Source: Glaucostegus cemiculus
Lineage: Eukaryota
Direction of reading: 5' to 3'
Length of the DNA: 64,000 nt
NCBI GenBank assembly: GCA_976551045.1
Contig: CDPCPM010000078.1
Span: 5,580,001-5,644,000, forward strand
Shown here: in pieces, positions 11,261-22,615 of the stretch
Layout: each line of letters starts with the position of its first letter
Numbering within the stretch: the first letter of the stretch is position 1
Position numbers and translations under genes: made by a program
Notes under the pieces: generated by a model
The model's database searches: none
The model's input: the letters and a program-made list of their open reading frames with translations, nothing else
What the model was told of the DNA's origin: nothing

Positions 11261-13224
11261 TTATAGCCCCTTTCATGAGGTCTCATCAAATGATGTAATA
11301 CATCATCAAATGAAGCCGTATTAATGACTGACCTCCAACCAATTACCAAACAGCCCAGATCAAGACAGAAGCATTCCTGACCTTCTCAACTACAACTTCC
11401 CATCCCAGACCTGGGGAGGCTGGAAGTTATCTCTGCCCAGGCCCAACGATTCTCTTGTCAACAGCAAGGTCCAACCTCCTTGAATTCATCAACCTTCAGT
11501 CCCCATGCTCACATCCCCTGGTTATGTTCAATACATGGTGAACATGTACTGACAGATTGATTTATCTCAACGGTTGGTTTCAGTCAGATTTAATTCTGGC
11601 AGACTCCCCAGGTAATCCAGCAATGTGGAATCCTACCTCTGAGCCAGAAAAACTCTTCATCTCGCACCAGTGTCTAAACTTAAACCAGCTCCCCTTAAGG
11701 TGAAGTGAGGATCAAGAAGTCCTTTCCTCACTACCCACCCCTCTGAAAACTTTCTGCTGGATTGCTGACATTTCGTCATGTTACCTGGGAATTAGTTCCT
11801 GGTCAGGGCTGAGTTAGCCAGTCTCGGTGAGGTAAGGAAAGTCTACAGCTAGCTTCATAGCTCCAAAGCAAGTGAAGGAATTACAACAAGTAGGGCTCAT
11901 GTTCCTGTATCCATCCTGCTGATAAAGCCTAAAATGCTTGAGGTTGCACACTATGAATGCTCTTTCCAAGCACTTCCAGCAGCCCAAATTTGGACTGCCC
12001 ACCTACAAGTGGCACTGCAGTGGGTCCTGCTGGAGAGTCATGAGGGTGTGAATTACAGGTGAGTGGAGTATCAGGTTCAGCTCTCGTGCCCTCCATGAAT
12101 GAATAGCTGCCTCTCAAATATTTGAGGGCCATCCGCACCCTTGGAATTACATCTCAGCAAGGGTTGGTATGACTGGAAAAGGAAAGGACCACCGAACATC
12201 AGAAACAGAAATAAATTACATCGGAAATTGGACACTGCCACTGAATGCCTTTGGAAACTGTTGCTTTAGATTATATTTTACAAAGAAGAAATGATTGTGC
12301 TAATCGAGTGCTGTACTTCAGCCGCCGTGTGTGGTACTGGTTTTACGAGCACAGGAAATTTTCCTCTTTCTCAATCATATATTTTCATTATCTTTTAAGA
12401 AATATTTAAACAAAAATAAAAGGAACATGAAAGCTACACAATCAAAAAATTAACTTCATCTACAAGTTGGCCAGAGTGTAGCATGAGGGGATGTAAATTA
12501 TTCTTTAATCTGTTGAAATAAATACTTTCAGCATTCAGCTATAAATATAATTCATTTTAAAGTTTTATTAATAAATCCATAAATTTTCATCAGTGAGAGG
12601 AAAGGGAAGATTACAATTCAATTTAATGTGTTTACAAGTGGCTTCTTGAATGTTCCAACTCTTGCAAATAATTGTGGAGAGGTTGGAGTTCTGTCTGCAG
12701 GGACTTTTACTTCCTAAATGGGGTAATGAGCTTTCTTGCTATCCTGGTATCATACACAATGCATTCCAACCATGCCGGTCAATGGAATCTGTTTATTGTG
12801 TTTCCTCCTTTCACCGAGTCTGTTATGACAGACAAAAGTGACTGTGGCCAATTTCTTCAGATTACCCATTTAAGGAATTTAACTTTTTTAAATTCAACAA
12901 TCCATTTTGATGATAAAATAAACAAATAACAAGGTCTGCATGTCTTACTGTGGAGTGTTCAAAAGTCCAATGCAAAAAGGCTGGTGACAGATTTCATATG
13001 CACTCTAATTAATGAAATTGCAAGCCTGTTCAAAAAGAGTGGGTACACAGTCTCATCACACCTAGTTCACAGGGGAGCAGCTCCTTTATAATGTGGACAT
13101 CATGAGAAGTATTGCAAAGTTTTTTAACAGCACAGAAGCAAGGCATTCAGCACAAAGGTCCATCCCTCTGTCGTTTATCCATACCAACCTCCTCCCACCC
13201 CTCTTCCTCTAATCCAAAAAGGAT

Positions 13225-13340
13225 TACCATCTACCTGAAACACTTGCTTTGATTCCTTCTCCACAGATGCTGTCTGACCAGTTAACTATTTCCAGCATTT
13301 TTTTAAACTAGATTTCTGGCACCTTCAGTATTTTGCTTCA
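13225..13340 (+). mobile_element. Penelope-like element terminal fragment, old
   Basis: CCACAGATGCTGTCTGACC....TTCCAGCATTTT..AGATTTC, homologous to the 42959-43100 terminus in the opposite orientation. Confidence 0.55.
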
Positions 13341-14044
13341 AGATTATCCTTCTATATCCTCACCTGGCTTTTCTTGAACTGCACCGCTGTTATTCAGAGA
13401 GTTTCACTATCCTACCAATCACTTTATTGTAATGTGGAGACCAGAACTTTCATAATATTCTCAGTGTGACTTAACAAGGATTTAATGCGTTTAATTTAAT
13501 TTTCTGCAGTTTCATTACATCCCTCTGAAGAGGAATCCAAGTGATTCACTTCTCTCAGTGACATTAATATCCTCCATCACTACTTTTAGTCATCTGTGCA
13601 TCTTTATAGCAATCTCCTTCTGCTCCTTTAGCCCAATTAGAGGCTTCTCTTCCTCGGATTTTGTAGCTTCTTCATTCTTCCAACTAGATATGATTAACTT
13701 GCATTTTTTATTTTTTTCTTACTTCTCATTTTTCACAAGTGGATGTTGCTGGCACGGCCAGCGTTTATTAATTGCCTTTGAGAAGGTGATGGTGAACTAC
13801 TTCCTTGAACTGCCGCAATCCTTCTGACGAAGGTACTCCCATAGTGCTAGTGGTTAGGGAGTCCCAGCAATGATGAAGGAACAGTGATAAATTCCCCAGT
13901 CAGGATGGTGGCTGGTCAAAATATCTAAACACCCCTGTGTTTCATATTCCCCTGCCCTGCCCTAATCGCCCTGTCCTCAGCATTTCACCATTGACATCCC
14001 GGTGTCTTACTGCACTCCTGTGTGTCTTCTGATGACAACATACA

Positions 14045-14939
14045 GTAGAACATAAAAAACAGAAGCAAGGGTGGACCACTCACTCAGGCATCAGGGCTGG
14101 CTCTGCCATCCCATAAGATCATGGCTGTTCCTTTACTTCAACACCACTCTCCTGTACTAATTACATATCCCTTGATTCCAATAATGTCCAAAAATCTATT
14201 GATATCTCTCTCATATATATTCAACCATTGAGCATCACTGTGTGAAATAAATTTTTACCATTAAAAACACTCACTTTCAGAACATGATCCCTGGATCAAC
14301 CTGTGAAATCATCTGCTCTGCATTTCTCCTGGTAAGCCTGGTAAGAATTTTGTCCATTTCAATGGGAACGCTTCTCAATCTACTAAATTCTAGACGGTAT
14401 AGACCCTAGTCTTTTTCATCACTCCTCATAAAAGGAGCCTCTATCTCAGGAGTAAATCTGGTGAACTTTTGTTGTGCCCCCTCCATTGCAAGTGCAACCT
14501 TTCTCAGATAGGGAGATCAGATATGTCCACAATATTCTGGGCAAAGTCTCCCTATAATATCCCAAGTGTTTTCACTCTTGTACTCAGATCATCTTGCAAT
14601 AAAGGCCAATGTACCATTTGCTATCCTAATTGCTTGATGCATCTGTATGTTAACTTCCAGGGATTTGTATGGAAGGACCCCCAGATCCCTCTGAACTCCA
14701 ATATCTTTCAATCTCTTCTCACTCAGAAAATAATCTGCAGCTCTTTTCTACCAATGTGAGGAACATCAGATCTTTCCACACTACACTCCATCTGCAATGT
14801 TGTTGCCCATTCATTTAACCTGTTTCTCTCCTCCTTAAGCTTCTCTGCATCCTCTTTACAACTCACACCGCCACCCAGATTTCATTCACCAGTAAACTAG
14901 GATATATAAACAAATCATTGATGTAAATTGTGAACAGCT
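14045..14939 (-). mobile_element. Old CR1 LINE 3' half; continues at 19813-20000 after the L1/Gypsy insertions
   Basis: Minus-strand CR1 tail at 14045-14200, followed by RDLGV- and WQ..FN-type remnants. The RT segment resumes after the duplicated AAATTGTGAACAGCT. Confidence 0.7.
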
Positions 14940-15386
14940 CTCAAACTATATCATGACTTAATTTGGAAAAAATTAGGAGTGGTACTGTTGATTCTTCACT
15001 TAAATTTGAAGATATTTGGAGTCCATTTATTGACTACTTTCACATGATGTAGTTTCCCCTGCTATAACTTTTTTTTAATTCAGAGGAGGAACGGAGCTGA
15101 CGACATTATATTGCTCTGTTTTTATTGAAATTTTAGCCCAGTTTTTTTTCTTGTTTTGGTTTTCTCTTTTTTTAAAAATAATTTTGGGTTCAATTTACTT
15201 TGTATTGTTATGATTTTTTTTATTGAGTTGGGGTTTTCTTCCTTCTTTTTCTTCTAATTATATAACAAATCTTTTTCTTTCCTATCTTTTACATTATACT
15301 TATGAACCAAGAGATTGTTGGAACTATTTCTTTTATATATATCATACTTCATTGCTTTTTTTTATGATTACCTATGATTGTTACCT

Positions 15387-15655
15387 TGTAGCAGCCAGCA
15401 GGGTGCGACTTAAAAGAACGCCAGGACAAGGAGATTCGTTTGAGCACGTTTTTAATAAGTCAACACGAGCCCCACATCACTAGGACTAACTAAAAACATG
15501 GCCGACGGAAGTGACGTCATACTCCCACCGGAAGTCCCGCCTTCCAGCACTATCGCGGGAACTCATGCGTTCCCCGCGATGGCCAACGGCGTTTCCGAAC
15601 CCGACATCATGTGTCGCTACACATCACGTGTCGCTACACATCACGCGTCGCTACA
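15387..15655 (-). repeat. 3' LTR (269 bp)
   Basis: Direct repeat of 19452-19720 with ~20 substitutions and no indels. Preceded on the minus strand by the polypurine tract GGGGTGGGGG (15656-15665). Confidence 0.97.
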
Positions 15656-18600
15656 CCCCCACCCCAGAAACGCCCAGCGGAGGCGCGGGGCCATCAACCC
15701 GACCGTCCAGCTTGGGAGGCCGACCCTGCCGGTGTGGCGAAGGCACCCTGACTGGGAGTGCAATGTCCAGATGCGCCGGCTTCAGGCGGTCCACTGTGAA
15801 AGTCTGCTCACGACCCCCAACCTCGATGACATATGTTGAACCACTGCGCCAGACCACCCGGAAAGGCCCCTCGTACGGCTTCTGCAGGGGCGACCCATGT
15901 GCTCCCCGGCGGATGAAAACGTACTCACAGCCCTGGAGGTCCTTCGGAACGAAAGAAGGCGCTGTGCCGTGCCTGGAGGCCGGGATCGGTGCCAAGGTCC
16001 CCATCTTAGCCTGCAGCTTCACTAACACTTCCGCCGGGGTCCCTGCTGGGTCCTGAGCCCCTGGTACAAACTCGCCCGGTACCGTGAGGGGGGAACCATA
16101 GACCAGCTCAGCTGAGGAAGTGCCCAAATCTTCCTTGGGGGCCGTACGGATGCCCAGCAGGACCCAGGGGAGCTCGTCTGTCCAGTTAGGTCCCTGCATG
16201 CGGGCCATCAGGGCGGACTTGAGGTGCCGGTGGAAACGCTCCACCAAACCATTGGCCTGCGGGTGGTATGCTGTGGTGTGATGCAGGTGGGAGCCCAGGA
16301 GCTGCGCCAGTGCCGTCCACAAGCTGGACGTGAACTGCGCCCCTCGGTCGGAGGTAACGTCCGCCGGGAGGCCAAACCGGGCAATCCAGTGGGCAATGAG
16401 GGCTCTGGCACAAGACGCGGTGGACGTGTCTGCCAACGGCACTGCCTCGGGCCACCTGGTGAACCTGTCCACCACAGTGAAAATGTATCTGGCGCCCCGG
16501 GAAACTGGCAGTGGTCCGACGATGTCCACGTGAATATGCTGGAACCTGCCAAGCATTGGCTGAAAATGCTGGAGGGGAGCCTTCACGTGCCGTTGGACCT
16601 TGGCCGTCTGACAGTGCACGCAGGTCCTGGCCCAGTGCCCCACCTGCTTGCGTAGACCATGCCACATGAACTTTTCTGCCACCATCCTGATAGTCGCCCT
16701 GATGGACGGGTGGGCCAGGCCATGCAGGGCGTCGAAAACCCGTCGTCTCCATGCTGCTGGCACCACCGGCCAGGGCCTGCCAGTAGACGTGTCACACAGG
16801 AGCTGGATCGCCGTAGGGCCAACAGGAACATCTTCCAGCCGGAGTCCCGAGAGCGCGGTGCGGTATGCTGGGATCTCGTCGTCTGCCTGCTGCGCTTGTG
16901 CCAGCGCCGCGTAGTTGACGCCTGTGGCTGGGGTGGTTGCTGAATGGATGTGGGGGCGGGACTGCGTGTTGGCGACCACATTGCTCTTCCCAGCGATGTG
17001 GCGGATGTCGGTGGAAAAGTCCGAAATGAAGGAGAGATGCCGTTGCTGCTGAGCCGACCACGGGTCCGACGTCTTGGCCAGGGCGAACGTAAGGGGCTTG
17101 TGGTCCGTGTAGATGGTGAAGTACCTCCCCTCAAGGAAATAACGGAAATGGCGGACAGCCAGGTAAAGAGCCAGCAGCTCCCTATCAAAAACACTGTACC
17201 TGACCTCTGGCGGCCGCAAATGGTGGCTGAAAAAGGCGAGCGGTCTCCACTGGCCCTCAACGAGTTGTTCCAAAACCCCGCCAACCACCGTCTCGGACAC
17301 GTCGACAGTGAGCACTGTGGGGACGTCGACTCTTGGGTGCACCAAAAGTGTTGCCTTGGCCAGTGCCTCCTTAGCCTGGTCGAAAGCTGCCGAGGCCACC
17401 GCGTCCCAAACAACATCCTTGGCCTTGCCGGCCATGAGTCCGAACAAGGGCCGCATGATGCGTGCTGCTGCAGGAACAAAACGGTGGTAGAAGTTCACCA
17501 TTCCCACGAATTCTTGCAGGCCCTTGACCATATAGGGCTTGGGAAAGTGGAGGACAGCCTGCACCTTGTCAGGTAGCGGGGCGGCGCCATGCTGGTTCAC
17601 CCTGTGGCCCAAGAAGTCGATCTCCCGCAGCCCGAACTGGCACTTCGCCAAGTTGATCACCAACCCGTGGTCACTCAGGCGCTGGCAGAGCTGACGGAGA
17701 TGGGCTGAGTGCTCCTTGCGTGACTTGCTGGCTACCAGGATGTCATCCAGGTACACAAAAGCGAAATCAAGGCCTCTGTTCACCGAGTCCATTAGCCGTT
17801 GAAAAGTCTGGGCGGCATTCTTTAGGCCGAAAGGCATGCGGAGGAACTCGAACAACCCAAAGAGGGGTGATGAGGGCTGTTTTGGGCTCGTCGTCGGAGC
17901 GAACAGGGATCTGATGGTATCCCCGGACCAGATCAATCCTAGAGAAAATGGTCGCCCCATGGAGGTTCGCTGTGAAGTCCTGGATGTGGGGCACAGGGTA
18001 CCTGTCGGCAGTCGTAGCATCATTGAGCCTCCTGTAGTCTCCGCAGGGTCTCCAGCCCCCTGCTGCTTTAGGCACCATGTGGAGCGGGGATGCCCATGGG
18101 CTGTCAGAACGGCGGACGATGCCTAACTCCTCCATCTTGCGAAACTCCTCCTTAGCGAGGCGGAGCTTGTCGGGTGGGAGCCTGCGAGCACGGGTATGTA
18201 GCGGAGGTCCCTGTGTGGTGATGTAGTGCTGCATGCCGTGCTTGGGAACTGCAGCGGAGAATTGCGGGGTGACAATGGAAGGAAACTCTGCCAACACCTT
18301 AGCAAACTCGTCGTTGGAGAGCGCAACAGAGTCAAGGTGGGGGGCAGATGACCGGGCGTTCCCGAGTTGGTAGCTTTGGAACGTCTCAGCATGGACCAGA
18401 CGCTGGCCCTTCAGGTCGAACAGCAAGCGGTTGGCGCGCAGGAAATCCGCCCCTAGTAGTGGCTGCGATACCGCTGCTACAGTGAAAGTCCAGGTAAACG
18501 AACTGGACCCAAAACGTAACGGGATGGTGTGCAGGCCGTAGGTGCGGATGGTAGAGCCGTTCGCAGTGGTGAATTCAGGGCCTCTGACCGCGTTGCGGGT

Positions 18601-18720
18601 ATCCATGTTGGGGGGGGGGAAGGACGCTGATTTCGGCCCCCGTATCCACCAGGAAACGCCGCCCAGTGAGCCGGTCCTAAAGGAAGAGTAGGCTGTCTCA
18701 CTGGCCAGCCGTCGAGGCCA
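15651..18720 (-). pseudogene. pol: pol (protease-RT-RNase H-integrase), disrupted
   Basis: FLVDTGAEISV (PR); DYRRLN, YHQIP, YLDDILV (RT); DHKPL (RNase H); HxxxH..CxxC, VDIVG/TSDRG/VERFHR and PYEGPF (IN). There are two stops upstream of the PR active site (~18677-18700), one extra base in the G10 run at 18610-19 and a frameshift near 17860. The frame from ~17860 to 15651 is open. Confidence 0.95.
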
Positions 18721-19413
18721 CTAACGATGGCCGGCCTCGGCGTTTCCTGGGAAAGAACACAGTGGTTGACAGCGGCGCGCGTTCGTCCCCCACCTCTTGT
18801 GGTAGAAACACCACTGCCCTGGGCCTTTACCTTTGTCATCTGCGGGCCCTGACGGTTTGGGTTTCGGAACCTTAGCCGGAGGCTGCAAGGCCGCTGCTAC
18901 GCAGGCGGAGGCCACTTCCGACCGCCGACTGCACCAAATAACATCCGCTGTGGCCGCGAGGGTGCGCGGGTCGCTGAAATCTCCGCTGGCGAGGAGGGGG
19001 CACATATCATCCGGGAGTTGCTCGAGCAATAGCTGCCGGAACAGGAAACATGGCTGACGGCCGTCCATGAGTGCTAGCATCTCATCCATCAACTCAGAGG
19101 GCTTGCGGTCACCTAGGCCATCCATATGGAGGAGCCTCGTGGCTCGGTCACTGAGGGAAAGGCCGAACGTGCGCATGAGAAGAGCCTTGATTCGGGCGTA
19201 CCTGTCCTCCGTCGGTGGTTGGCGTAGGAAATCGATGATGCGACCGGCCGTGTCCTGGTCGAGGGCGCTGACCACGTAGTAATACTTCGTGGCGTCGGCT
19301 TCGATGCCCCTGATGCTGAACTGGGCCTTGGCCTGTTCAAACCAGACTTGAGGCTGCGAGGTCCAGAAAACCGGGAGCTTGAGTGCCACGGCGTTGTGGG
19401 AGTCAGTATTCAT
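18721..19413 (-). CDS. gag: Gag, 230 aa, open frame
   Basis: KLPVFW...PQVWFEQA.AQF..RGI..D.TKYYYVV N-terminus and C-terminal CFYHKRWGTNARRCQPLC (Cx2Hx9Cx3C). It starts just after the PBS. pol is in the -1 frame, with slippery-like A GGA AAC near 18743-18749. Confidence 0.9.
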   Translation of the reverse strand: MNTDSHNAVALKLPVFWTSQPQVWFEQAKAQFSIRGIEADATKYYYVVSALDQDTAGRIIDFLRQPPTEDRYARIKALLMRTFGLSLSDRATRLLHMDGLGDRKPSELMDEMLALMDGRQPCFLFRQLLLEQLPDDMCPLLASGDFSDPRTLAATADVIWCSRRSEVASACVAAALQPPAKVPKPKPSGPADDKGKGPGQWCFYHKRWGTNARRCQPLCSFPGNAEAGHR

Positions 19414-19435
19414 GATTCCAGATGCTGTCTGGAAT

Positions 19436-19451
19436 CGCCGGGGTCACCGAA
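19436..19451 (-). promoter_or_regulatory. Primer-binding site, tRNA-Trp-like
   Basis: Minus strand TT-CGGTGACCCCGGCG directly after the 5' LTR, versus the tRNA-Trp complement TGGTGACCCCGACG (2 mismatches). Confidence 0.8.
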
Positions 19452-19720
19452 TGTAGCAGCCAGCAGGGTGCGACTTAAAAGAATGCCAGGACAAGGAGAT
19501 TCGTTTGAGCACGTTTTTAATAAATCAACACGAGCCCCACATCACTCGGACTAACTAAAAACATGGCCGGCGGAAGTGACGTCATACTCCCGCCGGAAGT
19601 CCTGCCTTCTGGCACTACCGCAGGAACTCGCACGTTCCCCGCGACGGCCGACGGCGTTTCCAAACCCGACATTGTGTGTCACTACACATCACGTGTCGCT
19701 ACACATCGCGCGTCGCTACA
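19452..19720 (-). repeat. 5' LTR (269 bp)
   Basis: Direct repeat of 15387-15655. Contains ATTAAA on the minus strand (~19516-21), ETS/CRE/YY1-like motifs and a 3 x 17-bp terminal repeat. Confidence 0.97.
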
Positions 19721-21376
19721 ACCTGATATCTCTGTAATACATGTGTAAACATTGTGATGATATATATTAACCTGTATTGATTTGTTATCAATAAAAAGAA
19801 TGAAAAAGAAAGAAATTGTGAACAGCTTGGACCCCACCACTGATTCCTGTAGCAGCCCCTTCATTAAAACCTTCCAGCCTGAAAATCACCCATTTACTCC
19901 TGCTCTGTTTTCTCACCATTAACTAGTCTTCAATCTAGCCAGTGTACAATCCCAAGTGCACTAATTTTGTTTTCATACCTTACACGGGGCTCTGAAAATT
20001 CAAATATCTATATTCAGCTACTAATTAAATTAGATTTAAATGAAACTCCATCCATGACTAGAAACAAAAGACTACATTTCGGACAGATCTGTTTGCAAAA
20101 TAGTTTCCTTAACACTGCCAGCTGTCACAGCTAGTTAAGAAGATGGGATGTCAGTTGAGAAGTTTTCTTTCTTTTCTAAATGGGATTAATGAGCAGTCTT
20201 TTATTTTTGTATCGTAAGTGTAATGAGCCTGAAAATGAGTTGCAGGAGTGCTGGTCAGTGCACATATGGAAGAACGTAGTTTGCAATGGAGTGCATGCAT
20301 TCAAAGAGCAAGAACACGGCACGGTCATTACAGATGGATGTTCAGTGGAAGCATATGTTGCTCCACAATCCACTCCCCAAATGATGCAAGTCTGCTCGTT
20401 TTGAACCAGATTTGCTAAATACTTGAAGTAAATTTAAGCCCTAATGTGACTGGTAATCTAAGGCAAGATAACAATCACTGTATATACTGGCACCTAACTA
20501 CAGCAGTGTGAGTATGAGCAGCTATGTTATGTGCTCAGAGCTCTGCACAGTGAAAGGGAGGCAGAGCTCTGAATGCTTATAGTTCAATTCTTATATAGAG
20601 TCTGAGCAACTGTTTTGTGGTGCTACTCAATTCCTTTTGGTCGAGAGTGGTTAGAGCAATCCTTCCAGTTTTTCCTGTCTCCTTGGGGTGTGAGGATGCA
20701 TAGGGGTAGAAACAAGTATGGTGCCTAGTCACAATGCTTCTGATATCTTGAGTGTGAGGCACACTGGATGGATCAGCTAATTCTTTTCTCGCTCATTATT
20801 TTGGTATGTTGGAATTCAAAAGTCCATCGGCTTTCTCCTGCCCTATCCCAACGTCCCCTCCTCTGCCGCCAAAGATATTTATATGAAAACAATCTACTAA
20901 AAGTCAGAAAGGATTTTGTTAAATTGTAGGAATATTTGTAGAATGAGGTCAAATTATCCCCCAGGAAAGATACCAGATGCACTAATGCCTGCTTGTGTCA
21001 GGAGCTTTAAGAACTTCATTACATGGTGTTTATAGATAAAGTCACCAGTTTGTTATCTTTGGTCTGCAAGTCCTGGGGTGTAAGGTAAAATGGGGATGAA
21101 TTTTATTAACTGGGAAAATTAGGTGAGAGATTAAAAATATTAAAATAGATGGCTGGGTAACTCAGAAAGATATGACTCAATGTCATTCTTTTGAATATCA
21201 AAAGCCCATGAAAGGGAACTGGGAAAGTAATAACTGTATTAATGGCCCACAAAACTTTGCACTGGAAATTGCTTTAGATAGTGAATTCTGTACCTTAGAA
21301 AACAGGCATGAAGCATTTTGTTTGCACTGGCTGACCTATGTCACTTTGGCAAGCAGGAAGTTGTTAAATTGTTAGC

Positions 21377-22425
21377 CAGCAATAACTTATGATTTAATTA
21401 TGAAAATACGGTCAGATTCACTGGACAAAATTAAAAATGATTGGGAAAGTGAACTCCAGATTTCTATAGCTATAGAGACTTGGAAGAAAATTCTTCATTT
21501 AGGTAATACATCCTCAATGTGTGCCAGACACTCATTGATGCAGTTTAAAGTTGTGCACAGGGCTTATATGTCCAAAGATAAGCTAGCTCGTTTTTATGAT
21601 TGTATAAACCCTATATGTGACAGATGTAAATCGAACGTGGCTTCTTTGTCGCATATGTTCTGGTCCTGTCCTTATTTGGAAAAATATTGGAAAGACATTT
21701 TTAATATTATTTCAGATGCATTGAAGATCGATTTACAACCTCACCCTATTACTGCAATTTTTGGATTACCATGGATAAAGTCTGGCCATTTACCTGCTTC
21801 TGCTAATCGTATGATTGCTTTTGTTACATTGACGGCCAAACGAGCCATTCTGCTTAAATGGAAGGATCCAATACCCCCTACCACCTTTCAATGGTTCTCT
21901 CAAACTATATCATGTCTTAGTTTGGAAAAAATTAGGAGTGGTACTGTTGATTCTTTGCTTAAATTTGAAGAAATTTGGAGTCCATTTATTCAATACTTTC
22001 ATATGATGTAGTTTCCCCTCCTATAGCTTTTTTTTTAAATTCAGAGAAATGGAGCTGACGACATTATATAGTTCTATTTCTATTGAAAATTTTAGCCCAG
22101 TTTTTTTTTTCCTTGTTTTGTTTTTTTTTTCTTTTTTTTAAATTCATTTTCGGTTTAATTTACTCTATATTATTATGATTTTTTAAATTGATTTGTTTTT
22201 TTTTGTTTTTTTTTCTAATTATATAACAAATCTTTTTCTTTTACATTACACTTACGAACCGAGAGATCGTTGGAACTATTTCTTTTATATATATCATACT
22301 TTATTGCTTTTTTTTATGATTACCTACGGTTGTTACTTGATATTTCTATAATACATGTGTAAACTTTGTTGTTATATATCTTAACCTGTATTGGTTTGTT
22401 ATCAATAAGAAAGGTTGAGAAAAGT
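21377..22425 (+). mobile_element. L1-clade LINE, 5'-truncated, with open ORF2 C-terminus (21400-22011)
   Basis: QFKVVHRAY, zinc knuckle CDRC.....SLSHMFWSC, AKRAILLKWK, and a T-rich 3' UTR. TSD AATTGTTAGC at 21367-76 and 22426-35. Confidence 0.93.
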
Positions 22426-22468
22426 AATTGTTAGCACTATTCCTGTTTTGACCAAGCACTATTTCTTA

Positions 22469-22615
22469 AGACACAAGAGACTGCAGATGCTGGAATCTGG
22501 ACCTAAACACAAACAGCTGGAGGAACTCAGCGGGTCAGGCAGCATCTATGGAAGCACAGGGATGTTTGACGTTTTGGGTCAAAATCCTGCAGTCCTGATG
22601 CAAGGTCTTGACCTG
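22469..22615 (-). mobile_element. 147-bp Penelope terminal mini-insertion with inverted 5' end, 15-bp TSD
   Basis: GAGACTGCAGATGCTGGAATCTGG...CTGGAGGAACTCAGCGGGTCAGGCAGCATCT, then a fold-back at the ribozyme-like motif. TSD AAGCACTATTTCTTA at 22454-68 and 22616-30. Confidence 0.85.

Larger units (their letters stand above)
15387..19720 (-). mobile_element. Full-length Ty3/Gypsy LTR retrotransposon, CsRn1-like clade, mutated
   Basis: Two 269-bp LTRs (TGTAGC...GCTACA), 4-bp TSD ACCT (15383-86 and 19721-24), tRNA-Trp-like PBS, PPT, Gag with Cx2Hx9Cx3C, and domain order PR-RT-RH-IN. Confidence 0.97.
14940..19812 (+). mobile_element. L1-clade LINE 3' end (14940-15386 plus 19725-19812) split by the Gypsy insertion; 15-bp TSD
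   Basis: Matches the L1 copy at 21897-22425. AATAAA at 19790. TSD AAATTGTGAACAGCT at 14925-14939 and 19813-19827. Confidence 0.92.

Noticed and set aside
11330-11960. Possible Harbinger transposase remnant (DLQP.., faint GFP/YPG-like traces)
   Set aside because: Too degenerate to support by eye; needs a frameshift-aware HMM search.
15498-19279. Many alternative-frame and antisense ORFs of 60-298 aa inside the Gypsy element
   Set aside because: Expected shadow ORFs of GC-rich, stop-poor sequence; no recognisable domains and no env-like ORF.
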